Assembly (NCBI GenBank): GCA_964417675.1
Contig: CAYQJL010000282.1
Span: 148,794 to 212,793, forward strand
Source of the DNA: an uncultured bacterium
GTDB taxonomy: Bacteria > Eisenbacteria > RBG-16-71-46 > CAIMUX01 > WJJG01
DNA length: 64,000 nucleotides
Direction: 5' to 3'
Shown here: positions 20,727 to 29,162 of the stretch, one piece after another
Position numbering within the stretch: the first letter of the stretch is position 1
How the letters are laid out: each line of letters starts with the position of its first letter
Program-made: the position numbers and the translations under genes
The notes under the pieces: model-generated
Database searches by the model: none
What the model saw: only the letters and a program-made list of their open reading frames with translations
What the model was told of the DNA's origin: nothing

Positions 20727-21129
20727 CGTTCCATCCCCGACACTCTATACTCTCGCGGCCCCGCCGGCGCAGGCGTTCGCACAGCTCGGCTCGGGTAACC
20801 CGCGAGCGATGATACAGAAACTCGATCAGCATGGGGAGATTGACGCCGCAGGCCACCAGCAATTCGGGATGTTCCAGGCCGATCCGATGGCAGGCATGAC
20901 CGCAACTCCCCGCTGCCAGATCCACGAAGATCACCGCGGGACTGCCGGGCGGATCGCGGCGCGCCAGGGCCTGGTCAAGGGTCTCCACCAGCGCCCTGTG
21001 AGAGACCCCGAGATTCGACACACACATGAGGTTCTCTTGCGGACCCAGGATCGCCTCGGCGGTCCGCTTGAGTTCCTCCCCCAGCCGGCCATGCGTGACA
21101 AGGACCCCGAGCATGGACGCCCCGCTCAC
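20710..21129 (-). CDS. PTS mannose-family IIA component
   Basis: GVLVTHGRLGEELKRTAEAILGPQEN... and AVIFVDLAAGSCGHA match IIA-Man, with the phospho-His in the GxLVTHG motif. The GTG start overlaps the hprK stop by GTGA, and an alternative ATG lies at 21114. Confidence 0.82.
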   Translation of the reverse strand: MSGASMLGVLVTHGRLGEELKRTAEAILGPQENLMCVSNLGVSHRALVETLDQALARRDPPGSPAVIFVDLAAGSCGHACHRIGLEHPELLVACGVNLPMLIEFLYHRSRVTRAELCERLRRRGRESIECRGWNDVQLG

Positions 21130-22094
21130 TCCTGATCCCCCTCGGCCAGGCGAGACAGCGTACGCTTGCGCCGGATGGTCTCGAGCAGATTCTCACTGAA
21201 GCGGGCTGCCGGATGATATCCATAGGCTTTGACCAGGTAGTTCAGCGCGATCGTCTCGGCGATGACCGTGATGTTCTTTCCCGGGAAGATCGGAATCGCA
21301 ATCAACGGAATCTCGGTGCCAAGAATCGTGGTTCTCTGTTCCTCGATTCCCAGGCGTTCATAGCTCTCGTCGCTGCTCCAATCCCGGAGATTGACTTCGA
21401 CTTCGAGACGCTTGAACGCCCGGATGGCCCGAATCCCGAAGATGCTTTGCACGTCGATCACCCCGATGCCGCGAATCTCCATGCAGTGGCGCAGCAGCTC
21501 GTTGCCCGAGCCAATCAGAATGTTGGGATAGCGGCGCCGAATCGTGACGATATCGTCGGCGACCAGACGGTGCCCACGTTCGACCAGGTCGAGCGCGGTT
21601 TCGCTCTTTCCGATCGCGCTGCGGCCCGTGAAGAGCAGTCCCACACCGTAGACATCGACCAGCGAACCATGCACCCGTGTTCGCGGGGCAAACGCCTCCT
21701 GCAGGAACGCGGTCAGCTCATGCTGAAAGTGCGTGGTATCCATCTCGGTACCCAGAAGGGGCACCTCATTCTGCGAGGCAATCCGGGGCATGTCGGGCGG
21801 CGGATCGAGGCCTTTGGTCACAACGATACAGGGAATCGCGAACCCCATGATCTGGGAGAGGACGGTTCCGCGCCGGTTCTCATCCAAGGTACCAAGGTAG
21901 CGGATCTCAGTCTCGCCAATGATCTGCAGGCGGTCCCAGAGGAAGTTCTCCATGAAGCCGGTCAGCGCCAGCTGCGGACGGTTGATGTCACTCGTAATCA
22001 GGCGGCTGCGGGAGTGAAGGCTCTGGCTGAGCAACCGCAGTCCCAATCGCTCACGGGTCTGTTCAAAGAACTCGGCTACGGTCATTCCGACCAT
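21126..22094 (-). CDS. hprK: HPr kinase/phosphorylase
   Basis: Trimmed to MVGMTVAEFFEQ... It has the P-loop GRSAIGKSETALDLV and the HprK signature region LIGSGNELLRHCMEIRGIGVIDV. Confidence 0.92.
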   Translation of the reverse strand: MVGMTVAEFFEQTRERLGLRLLSQSLHSRSRLITSDINRPQLALTGFMENFLWDRLQIIGETEIRYLGTLDENRRGTVLSQIMGFAIPCIVVTKGLDPPPDMPRIASQNEVPLLGTEMDTTHFQHELTAFLQEAFAPRTRVHGSLVDVYGVGLLFTGRSAIGKSETALDLVERGHRLVADDIVTIRRRYPNILIGSGNELLRHCMEIRGIGVIDVQSIFGIRAIRAFKRLEVEVNLRDWSSDESYERLGIEEQRTTILGTEIPLIAIPIFPGKNITVIAETIALNYLVKAYGYHPAARFSENLLETIRRKRTLSRLAEGDQE

Positions 22095-22297
22095 GTGAAC
22101 CCTCACCCCTCCAGTAGATCCCCTCCACTCCGTTCGGCAACCGCTCTCAGAAACCTCGTCGAACCACGCCGCAGCACCCCGCGCCCTCTTCTTCTCCCGC
22201 TCGCACCCTGAGAGCAAGGGCGCCGGGAGATCGCCGCACCGCACGAGTCAAGCGCCTCGATGACCACGCCGCCTCGATGACCACGCCGCCTCGATGA

Positions 22298-22882
22298 TCA
22301 GGGCGCCTCGATGAGGCAATAATTGCCATCTTCGCGCAAGTGGATCAAGTTGACCTTGTTGGTGCCCTTGTTGCGGAAAAGCAAGAAATCGCGATCGGAT
22401 GCATGCAGCGCCTCGATGGCCGACTCCACCGAGACGGGATCCGGGTGGAAGGAGTCATCCCGCACGACCACCGGCGCGAAATCCTCTTCCGCGAACTCCA
22501 GCCCCAGCTCTTCCTCGGCCGCAGTCGGTTCATCCTCGTCCACCGGCTCCGGAACAGCCGGGATCGTCGGCTGATCCTTGAGGCTGCGTCTGTTTTTCCG
22601 ATCCCGCTGGCGCGCCATGATCCGTTTGATCTGGCGCTCGATCCGGTCCACCACCTTGTCCACCGACGTTGTCATCTCGTCCGACTCACCGCGGCTCACG
22701 ATCTCGGTGCCCCGGGCACGAACAGAAATCTCCGCTATCTGACGGTACTTCTCGGTCGTGAGGACGATGTGCACCTCCTCTTGCTTCCCGAGATAGCGGC
22801 CCAGCCGGTCGAGCCGCTTCTCCAGATAGTCGCGCAGTTCGGGGGTCATGTCGAAATGACGGGCGGTGGTGATGATGTCCAT
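22298..22882 (-). CDS. hpf: ribosome hibernation promoting factor (long form)
   Basis: MDIITTARHFDMTPELRDYLEKRL... is a canonical HPF/RaiA N-domain, followed by a linker and a C-terminal dimerisation domain. A strong SD AAGGAGGAG lies 6 nt before the verified ATG at 22882. Confidence 0.93.
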   Translation of the reverse strand: MDIITTARHFDMTPELRDYLEKRLDRLGRYLGKQEEVHIVLTTEKYRQIAEISVRARGTEIVSRGESDEMTTSVDKVVDRIERQIKRIMARQRDRKNRRSLKDQPTIPAVPEPVDEDEPTAAEEELGLEFAEEDFAPVVVRDDSFHPDPVSVESAIEALHASDRDFLLFRNKGTNKVNLIHLREDGNYCLIEAP

Positions 22883-22938
22883 TCTCTCCTCCTTGCTAAC
22901 CCGCGATCGGCCCGGTTGGGGACGATCATCGTTGGGTG

Positions 22939-24312
22939 TCAAGCACCCCGACGAAAGGACGCCTTGGGGATCCTGAGCTGATCCCGATACTTGGCCACGG
23001 TCCGCCGCGAGATGAGGATCCCCTCGGCCAGCAGGGCCGTGGTCAGATCCTGATCTGTAAGCGGTGCCCGGGGCGGCTCATCCCCAATCAACTCCACAAT
23101 GCGCTGCCGGATGTACGCGGGAGAGCGATCCATTCCCGCCACAGCCGGCAGCCCCTTGGAGAAAAAGAAACGCAAGGGAAACAGTCCCCTTGGTGTCTGA
23201 ACGTACTTCCCCCTGACGGCCCGGGCAATGGTAGACTCATGCAAGCCCAATCTACCCGCTACATGCCTGTACACCAATGGCTTCAGCCCGGAAGAACCCT
23301 CTCGAAAGAAAGCCGCCTGTTCCTCCACGATGAGTCGCATGAGCCCCACCAATGTTCGCCGGCGAGCCGCCAGGCTCCCAAGGAACCATCTGGCGGAGGA
23401 CATGTGGCGGTGCACGAAAGCGCGGGTGGCGTTCTGCCTTGAATGCAACAGCGCCGGGGGCGGGGGCACCAGCCGAACCGCCGGCAGGTGCTCTTCATTG
23501 GCCATCACTTCCCAGCTGTCCCCCGCCTCGACCACCGTGAGATCCGGCAGAATGCTGTGCGCCTGGGTCGCTGGGACGCCCCGCAAGGGGCGGGGCGTCA
23601 TTCGGGCGATGCGCTCGGCCGAACGCTGGACATCTTCCACCGTTGCGCCGAGTTTGCGCGCCATGAGTTCGAAGTTGCGCTGGGCCAACAGCGGCAGCAG
23701 CCCTTTCTTGAGAAGGCGACGAGTCAGCGGATCGGCCTCGCCCCGCTCCTCGAGCTGAACAAGCAGGCATTCGGTGACATCCCGGGCCCCCACGCCCACG
23801 GGACACAAACGCAGGATCACCTGACGTACATCCTCCACCGACCTGCGCGCCACGGACAGCTCGCGGGCGATCTTGGCCACGGAAACGGCCAGGTAGCCGC
23901 GGCCGTCCAAACACCCAATCAAATATTCGGCAATGCCGGCGCCGTCGGCCACTTCCGTTTGCAGCCGGTACTGCTGGAGAAGATCCCAGCGCCAGGAGGC
24001 GCTCGCCTTGCGGGGCCGCTCACCATACCCGCGCCTCTCCTGCCCCCAGGGCTCAACCGGAACGTCCCCATCTCCCGGAGACGCTTCCTCGGACGCCTCC
24101 CTGGGCCCCTCGGCCGCCGTCTGGCCATCCACGAGCGCCCCTTCCGCCGGAGCGGGATCGGAATCCAGGAAGGGATGCTCGGCCAGAACCTCACGCATCT
24201 GCGCCGATAGCTCCGCGACGGGAGCCTGCAAGATCGCCAGGGACTGCTGCATCTGCCTCGACAGAACAAGCTGCTGGCGTCCGCTTACTTCAAGCTCGGC
24301 TCTTATCTCCAT
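22939..24312 (-). CDS. rpoN: RNA polymerase sigma-54 factor
   Basis: The C-terminal RpoN box ARRTVAKYRDQLRIP and the N-terminal Gln-rich region I (LVLSRQMQQSLAILQ) identify it. Trimmed to the MEIRAELEV ATG at 24312, which was verified. Confidence 0.95.
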   Translation of the reverse strand: MEIRAELEVSGRQQLVLSRQMQQSLAILQAPVAELSAQMREVLAEHPFLDSDPAPAEGALVDGQTAAEGPREASEEASPGDGDVPVEPWGQERRGYGERPRKASASWRWDLLQQYRLQTEVADGAGIAEYLIGCLDGRGYLAVSVAKIARELSVARRSVEDVRQVILRLCPVGVGARDVTECLLVQLEERGEADPLTRRLLKKGLLPLLAQRNFELMARKLGATVEDVQRSAERIARMTPRPLRGVPATQAHSILPDLTVVEAGDSWEVMANEEHLPAVRLVPPPPALLHSRQNATRAFVHRHMSSARWFLGSLAARRRTLVGLMRLIVEEQAAFFREGSSGLKPLVYRHVAGRLGLHESTIARAVRGKYVQTPRGLFPLRFFFSKGLPAVAGMDRSPAYIRQRIVELIGDEPPRAPLTDQDLTTALLAEGILISRRTVAKYRDQLRIPKASFRRGA

Positions 24313-24437
24313 TCGACATGGCTTCCCCCGGTGCGTGGGTGAATCGGCATCCGGCCCTGCCAGTGGCGCTGGCAGCGCCGGGTTCCTCCTCCATGACGGC
24401 GTGACTCCATCCAGAGGCATGAAGATGAAGCCAGGCG

Positions 24438-25184
24438 CTACAGCCGAAAATCCTTCCCGAGATAGATTTCGCGGGCCTCCGGGTTGTCAGCCAACTCCCG
24501 GGCATTGCCCTCAATTCGAATGCGACCCTCGTACATCAGATACACCCGATCGGTGGCCATCAATGTCTCGCGGACACTGTGATCCGTGATCAGGATCCCC
24601 AGACCCCGGGCTTTCAGACGCAAGATGTTCTCTTGGATCTCTGCCACGGCAATCGGGTCGATTCCCACAAAAGGTTCATCCAGGAGCATGAACGACGGCC
24701 TGGTCACCAGCGCGCGCGTGATCTCGACCCGGCGCCGTTCCCCACCCGACAGATTGTAGCCGCGGCGGGAGGCGATGTGGGTGATGTCGAGCTCCTCGAG
24801 CAATTGCGCACAGCGTTCATCGCGTTCTCGGCTGGGAAGAGCGAGGGTTTCCAGAACGGCCATGATGTTGTCGCGCACGGTCATGCGCCGGAAGATACTG
24901 GGCTCTTGCGAGAGGTAGCCGATGCCCATCCGCGCCCGCTTGTGCATCGGCAGGCCGGTGATCTGCTTGCCGTCCAGCAGAATCTCTCCGGAGGAGGGCC
25001 GCAGCAGACCCGTGATCATATAGAAGGTGGTCGTCTTGCCCGCACCGTTGGGGCCGAGCAGACCCACGACCTCACCCTGCCGCACCGACAAGCTCACACC
25101 ACCCACGACCTGGAACTTGCCGTAGAAGCGCACCAGATTCCTGGTCTCGAGTACACGCCCGGAGGGCACCGAACTGGATCGCAT
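24438..25184 (-). CDS. lptB: LPS export ABC transporter ATP-binding protein
   Basis: GLLGPNGAGKTTTFYMITGL Walker A, LSGGERRRVEI signature and LLDEPF Walker B. It sits directly upstream of rpoN as in the conserved lptCAB-rpoN-hpf arrangement. The start is uncertain: the longest ORF reaches 25313 through a 30-bp x3 repeat (25191-25280) that encodes PEPTRP repeats. Confidence 0.88.
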   Translation of the reverse strand: MRSSSVPSGRVLETRNLVRFYGKFQVVGGVSLSVRQGEVVGLLGPNGAGKTTTFYMITGLLRPSSGEILLDGKQITGLPMHKRARMGIGYLSQEPSIFRRMTVRDNIMAVLETLALPSRERDERCAQLLEELDITHIASRRGYNLSGGERRRVEITRALVTRPSFMLLDEPFVGIDPIAVAEIQENILRLKARGLGILITDHSVRETLMATDRVYLMYEGRIRIEGNARELADNPEAREIYLGKDFRL

Positions 25185-25296
25185 CCGAGAGGATGCTTCC
25201 TGCCCGGATGGCTCCGGATGGGATGCTCCCGGCCGAGTTGGCTCCGGATGGGATGCTTCCGGCCGAGTTGGCTCAACAGACGACTTCTGCACTGGC

Positions 25297-25827
25297 TCAG
25301 GGTGCCTTCTCATCCAAGACGCTCCCCCCGTCGTAGAACTCCCCCTTCACATGGGACTGGATGGTGTACTCCTTCAGCTCGGGATCGCTCTCGATTCCCA
25401 CTCCCTTCAGTACATTGTCCCCGTCGGTCAGTCGCACGAAGTGATTGGAACGGACCTTACCGCTCTCATTGTCCCACCAGAGCACCTGTGTTTCCAGCCG
25501 CTGGCCTTCCCGGGTACGAATGAGTACATCGCCCCGCGCGGTCAAGTCATGCGAGGCCGGATCGATCTCTCCCTCCAGCGCGGTAAGCCAAGAGCGAATC
25601 GTATCTCCTCCCGCATTGTAGAAGTCGACATCCACGCCCATCAACAGGGTCCGATCCTCATCGCCGTAACTGCGGGCTGAGTCAGCGCGCAGGACCCAGC
25701 GCAACTTCCCGGCGGCACTCTCCCGGAGCAGGATCCGCTGGAGGGTTTGCACCGGTCCTCCTTCCTCGCCCACCGAGACCGGTCTGTCGCCATCGCCGGC
25801 ACAACTGAGCAGGACCAGCGAGCCCAC
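25297..25827 (-). CDS. LptC/LptA (OstA-like) family periplasmic LPS-transport protein, probable lipoprotein
   Basis: The beta-jellyroll OstA-like body (RLETQVLWWDNESGKVRSNHFVRLTDGDNVLKGVGIE) lies just upstream of lptB. A GTG at 25827 is preceded by GGAGGG (9-nt spacer) and gives MGSLVLLSC with a lipobox-like LLSC. The ORF-track entry 25297..26202 instead reads through a 15-bp repeat array, so the start is uncertain. Confidence 0.6.
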   Translation of the reverse strand: MGSLVLLSCAGDGDRPVSVGEEGGPVQTLQRILLRESAAGKLRWVLRADSARSYGDEDRTLLMGVDVDFYNAGGDTIRSWLTALEGEIDPASHDLTARGDVLIRTREGQRLETQVLWWDNESGKVRSNHFVRLTDGDNVLKGVGIESDPELKEYTIQSHVKGEFYDGGSVLDEKAP

Positions 25828-25854
25828 CAGGAGGAACCCTCCACGGAGCCCCCC

Positions 25855-26020
25855 CCCGAGAAAAGCCGCCCGACAGAGAGAACCCCCACGGAGAAAACCC
25901 CCACGGAGAAAACCCCCACGAAGAAACCCTCTTCGCAGACACCCTCCATCGAGGGGCCCTCCACGAAGAAACCATCCACGAAGAGGCCCTTCATGAAGGG
26001 GCCCTCTGCAAAGAGGCGTT
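25855..26020. repeat. 15-bp periodic tandem repeat, about 11 units
   Basis: Units are cccccacggagaaaa, ccccacggagaaaac, ccccacgaagaaacc, ... ctccacgaagaaacc, atccacgaagaggcc, cttcatgaaggggcc. It lies between the acyltransferase stop (26166) and the lptC-like signal peptide. If translated on the minus strand it would give (R)GGFL pentapeptide repeats. Confidence 0.75.
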
Positions 26021-26165
26021 TCCCCGAGACAACCTCCCCCGAGATGCCTTAGCCATTTAGGTGCCAAAGCCTTCATACATCCCCGTCCGTTTGCGGCCCT
26101 ACCGTGCCTGTGCGCCTGCTCTCCAGATACACCCTCCCGGGACCGGGCGGTTTCCCGGGCCCTGG

Positions 26166-27071
26166 TTAGCGCACGTCCCATCTCGGGTGCACCCACGCCC
26201 ACTGCTCGATGTTCTCCTCCAGCAGCTTGCCGAGCACTTCATTGCAGCGCGCTGTATTTTCTTCTTCCGCACGCCGGACCTCCTCTCGGTCGGCATGCGG
26301 CCTGGGACGAAGAATCGCTACCTCCTCCCCTGCCCGGAAGCTGTGCCGTCCATCGGGGCGCATGTGGCCCAGGATCGGCACGACCGGTGCGCCGGTGCGC
26401 ATTGCCAAGCGAGCCGCGCCCAGCGGCGTCCAGGCTGGGTGCCCAAGAAAGGGGACCTTGACCGAATCGACCCTTGTCCGGACATCGATGAGGATGCCCA
26501 CAATCGCATTCGATTGGAGCTTTCTGAGGATTCCGCGCGCGTCGGCATCCCGGTCATGGGTGGTCACCCCCATCCTTTGCCGGCGGCTCGTGATGTAGCG
26601 CTCAAGAAGGGGATCCGACGAACGCCGGTAGACAACCCCGATCTCGAATCCCTCCGCCCTCAGCAGGAGTGGAACCAGCTCCCAGCAACCCATGTGCGCA
26701 CTCAGTCCGATCACGCCTTTGCCCTTCTCCAGGCAGCGTCGGAGGCGGTCGGAACCCTCGAAATCCGCGATCGTGCCGATGTCCCCTGGAGTGTAGCGCG
26801 GCAGGCGGACGAAATCGATCGCGTTGCGTCCGATGCTGCGCATGACCCGCCGCGCGAACTTGGTCCGTTCCTCCTCGGCCCAATCCGGGTAGATGAGCCG
26901 GGTGTTGGCGATGATCTGGTCGCGCGGCCCCGGCAAGAATCGGAAGGCATGATCTCCCAGAAAGCCGAAGATCCCCAATCCCCAGCGGCGCGGCAGAAGG
27001 GAGATGGTTCCGAAGAGGGCACGCAGGATGTGAAACCGCACCCAGCGCTTGACTGGCTTCAGGCAACCCAC
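26166..27071 (-). CDS. lipid A biosynthesis acyltransferase (LpxL/HtrB lysophospholipid acyltransferase family)
   Basis: 301 aa with an N-terminal membrane anchor and an HX4D-type acyltransferase core (LSAHMGCWELV). Its placement between kdsD and lptC is consistent with LPS synthesis. Confidence 0.78.
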   Translation of the reverse strand: MGCLKPVKRWVRFHILRALFGTISLLPRRWGLGIFGFLGDHAFRFLPGPRDQIIANTRLIYPDWAEEERTKFARRVMRSIGRNAIDFVRLPRYTPGDIGTIADFEGSDRLRRCLEKGKGVIGLSAHMGCWELVPLLLRAEGFEIGVVYRRSSDPLLERYITSRRQRMGVTTHDRDADARGILRKLQSNAIVGILIDVRTRVDSVKVPFLGHPAWTPLGAARLAMRTGAPVVPILGHMRPDGRHSFRAGEEVAILRPRPHADREEVRRAEEENTARCNEVLGKLLEENIEQWAWVHPRWDVR

Positions 27072-27074
27072 GCG

Positions 27075-28082
27075 CTACCCCTTGTTGACTTTGAGGCAGT
27101 CATGGATGTGCACGACCCCTGCGGGGCGCCCGGCCTCATCGACGATCACCAGGGATGTGATGGCACCGGGTTGATTCGCCTCCATCTGGTGCAATGCGGT
27201 GACGAGCAAGGCGTCCGGATCGATCGTCCGAGGGGAAGGGTTCATCGCCTCGCCGGCGGTCATGTTCTGAATGCTGCCCCCTGTCCGATGCAGAATCCTC
27301 TTGAAGTCGCCATCCGTCAGGACGCCGACCAGAACCCCTTGCGCGTCGACGACGGTCGTCATGCCCAACCGCTTCGCCATGATCTCACCCAGTGCATCAG
27401 CCAACTGGGTCTCTCGACTGACGATGGGCACGGAGGCGCCGCTGTGCATGACATCGGCCACCCGGTAGGTGACCTGCCGGCCGAGAATGCCTCCGGGATG
27501 CAGAAACGCGAAATCATCCGAGGTGAATCCCTTCAAGCGGCACAGCAATACGGTCAAGGCATCCCCGACGACCTGGAAGAGCGTCGTGCTCACGGTTGGG
27601 ACCTCTGTGAGCGGGGGGATCTCCTCGACCGGCCCCAGGCTGAGGACCAGGTCCACCGACCGGGCCAGCTCAGACTCCGGCGCCGTGGTCAGTCCGATGA
27701 TCGTCACGCCCATCCGCCGAAAGGTGGGGATCAGCGCGCTTACCTCGCTGTTTTCCCCGCTCTTGCTGATCAGGAGCGCGACATCCTCGGGGGCTACGAT
27801 CCCCAGATCCCCATGCAGCGCTTCGACCGGATGAACGTAGAGCGACGGTGACCCGGTAGAGCGCAGGGAAGCGGCGATGCGCTGTCCGGCGAGACCCGAC
27901 TTGCCCAACCCGAAGATCAGGATGCGACCGCGGCAAGCGTACAGCACCCCGGCGGCGCGCCGGAATGCCTCAGAGCAAAGCAACGGCTCGAGCGACGCAA
28001 TCCCACGCATTTCCGCGCCGATCACCGCCCGCGCGGTTTCCTGAACGATACCGGAATCCGGCAGGCACTCTCCCACGGTCAT
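27075..28082 (-). CDS. kdsD: arabinose-5-phosphate isomerase (SIS domain plus tandem CBS domains)
   Basis: Trimmed to the MTVGECLP ATG at 28082 (verified), preceded by SD GGGAGAGGA. The SIS motif is ILIFGLGKSGLAGQRIAASL, and two CBS domains sit at the C terminus. Confidence 0.86.
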   Translation of the reverse strand: MTVGECLPDSGIVQETARAVIGAEMRGIASLEPLLCSEAFRRAAGVLYACRGRILIFGLGKSGLAGQRIAASLRSTGSPSLYVHPVEALHGDLGIVAPEDVALLISKSGENSEVSALIPTFRRMGVTIIGLTTAPESELARSVDLVLSLGPVEEIPPLTEVPTVSTTLFQVVGDALTVLLCRLKGFTSDDFAFLHPGGILGRQVTYRVADVMHSGASVPIVSRETQLADALGEIMAKRLGMTTVVDAQGVLVGVLTDGDFKRILHRTGGSIQNMTAGEAMNPSPRTIDPDALLVTALHQMEANQPGAITSLVIVDEAGRPAGVVHIHDCLKVNKG

Positions 28083-28274
28083 CGAATCCTCTCCCGAACA
28101 GCGTCCCCCGGAAAGCGCAACCTCCTGACGCACAACCACTCCAGCGGATTGTATTTGGAGTCTCTCCTTGCCCGCCATGTTCTCCCCCGGGCCGCGGTGC
28201 CCGGTCAGGTGGCCAAGTCCTGTCTTGGTCAGGCACCTTGTCCCGTCTTGGTCAGGCGCCATGCCGCATCTTGG

Positions 28275-29162
28275 TCAGGTGGCCGCTTCCAGCCCCGGCC
28301 AGCTGTCGGCTTCCAGGACCGGGCTGTGCTCCTCGATCTCGGCAATCAGGGCCCCCACCCGAACCCACTCGTCCAGCAGTGCCGGCATGATCTCCAGCGG
28401 AAACTGCGTGGTCGAGTCGCTGAGGGCCCGCGCGGGATCCGGATGGACCTCCGCGAAGATGCCCTCGGCCCCGGCCGCCAGCGCCGCCCGCGCCAGCGCC
28501 GGGCCGAAGCGGCGATCCCCACCCGCCCCGGGACGCTGCAACGCATGCGTGGCATCGAATACCACCCGGCCACCGAGTGAGCGCATCAGGGCCACGGCCC
28601 GCATGTCCACCACCAAATCGCGGTATCCGAAGCAGCTGCCCCGCTCGGTCAGCAGAATCTCGGCGTCGGGCCGCGCCTCGCGCACCTTGGCGACCGCGTG
28701 CGCCATATCGGCCGGCGCCAGGAACTGGCCCTTCTTGATATTGATGGTCCGGCCGGTCTGCGCGGCCGCGGTCAAGAGCCGGCTCTGCCGGCAGAGAAAG
28801 GCCGGAATCTGCAGGACATCGACCACTTCGGCCACGGCCGCCACTTCCTCGCGGCAGTGGATGTCGGTCAGGACCGCAACCCCGATCCGCTCACGGACAG
28901 CGGCCAGGGTCGCCAGCCCCTCTTCCATCGCCGGGCCCGTATAGGAAGCCGCCGCCGTGCGGTTGTCCTTGCGATAGGAGGCCTTGAACACATAGGTCAG
29001 GCCCCGTTCCCGTGCCAGCGCGGCCATGGTCCCAGCGACATCGAGGGCCATGGCTTCCCCCTCCAGGACACACGGCCCGGCGATCAGGAAGGGCCGTTTG
29101 GCGTTCGGGGGAATCACGAATCCCGATCCCCCAGGCGGGGCGCTCCCGTTCGACAGGCTCAT
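28275..29162 (-). CDS. kdsA: 2-dehydro-3-deoxyphosphooctonate aldolase (KDO-8-P synthase)
   Basis: FLIAGPCVLE, YVFKASYRKDNRTA and DATHALQ motifs, at KdsA length. Confidence 0.95.
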   Translation of the reverse strand: MSLSNGSAPPGGSGFVIPPNAKRPFLIAGPCVLEGEAMALDVAGTMAALARERGLTYVFKASYRKDNRTAAASYTGPAMEEGLATLAAVRERIGVAVLTDIHCREEVAAVAEVVDVLQIPAFLCRQSRLLTAAAQTGRTINIKKGQFLAPADMAHAVAKVREARPDAEILLTERGSCFGYRDLVVDMRAVALMRSLGGRVVFDATHALQRPGAGGDRRFGPALARAALAAGAEGIFAEVHPDPARALSDSTTQFPLEIMPALLDEWVRVGALIAEIEEHSPVLEADSWPGLEAAT

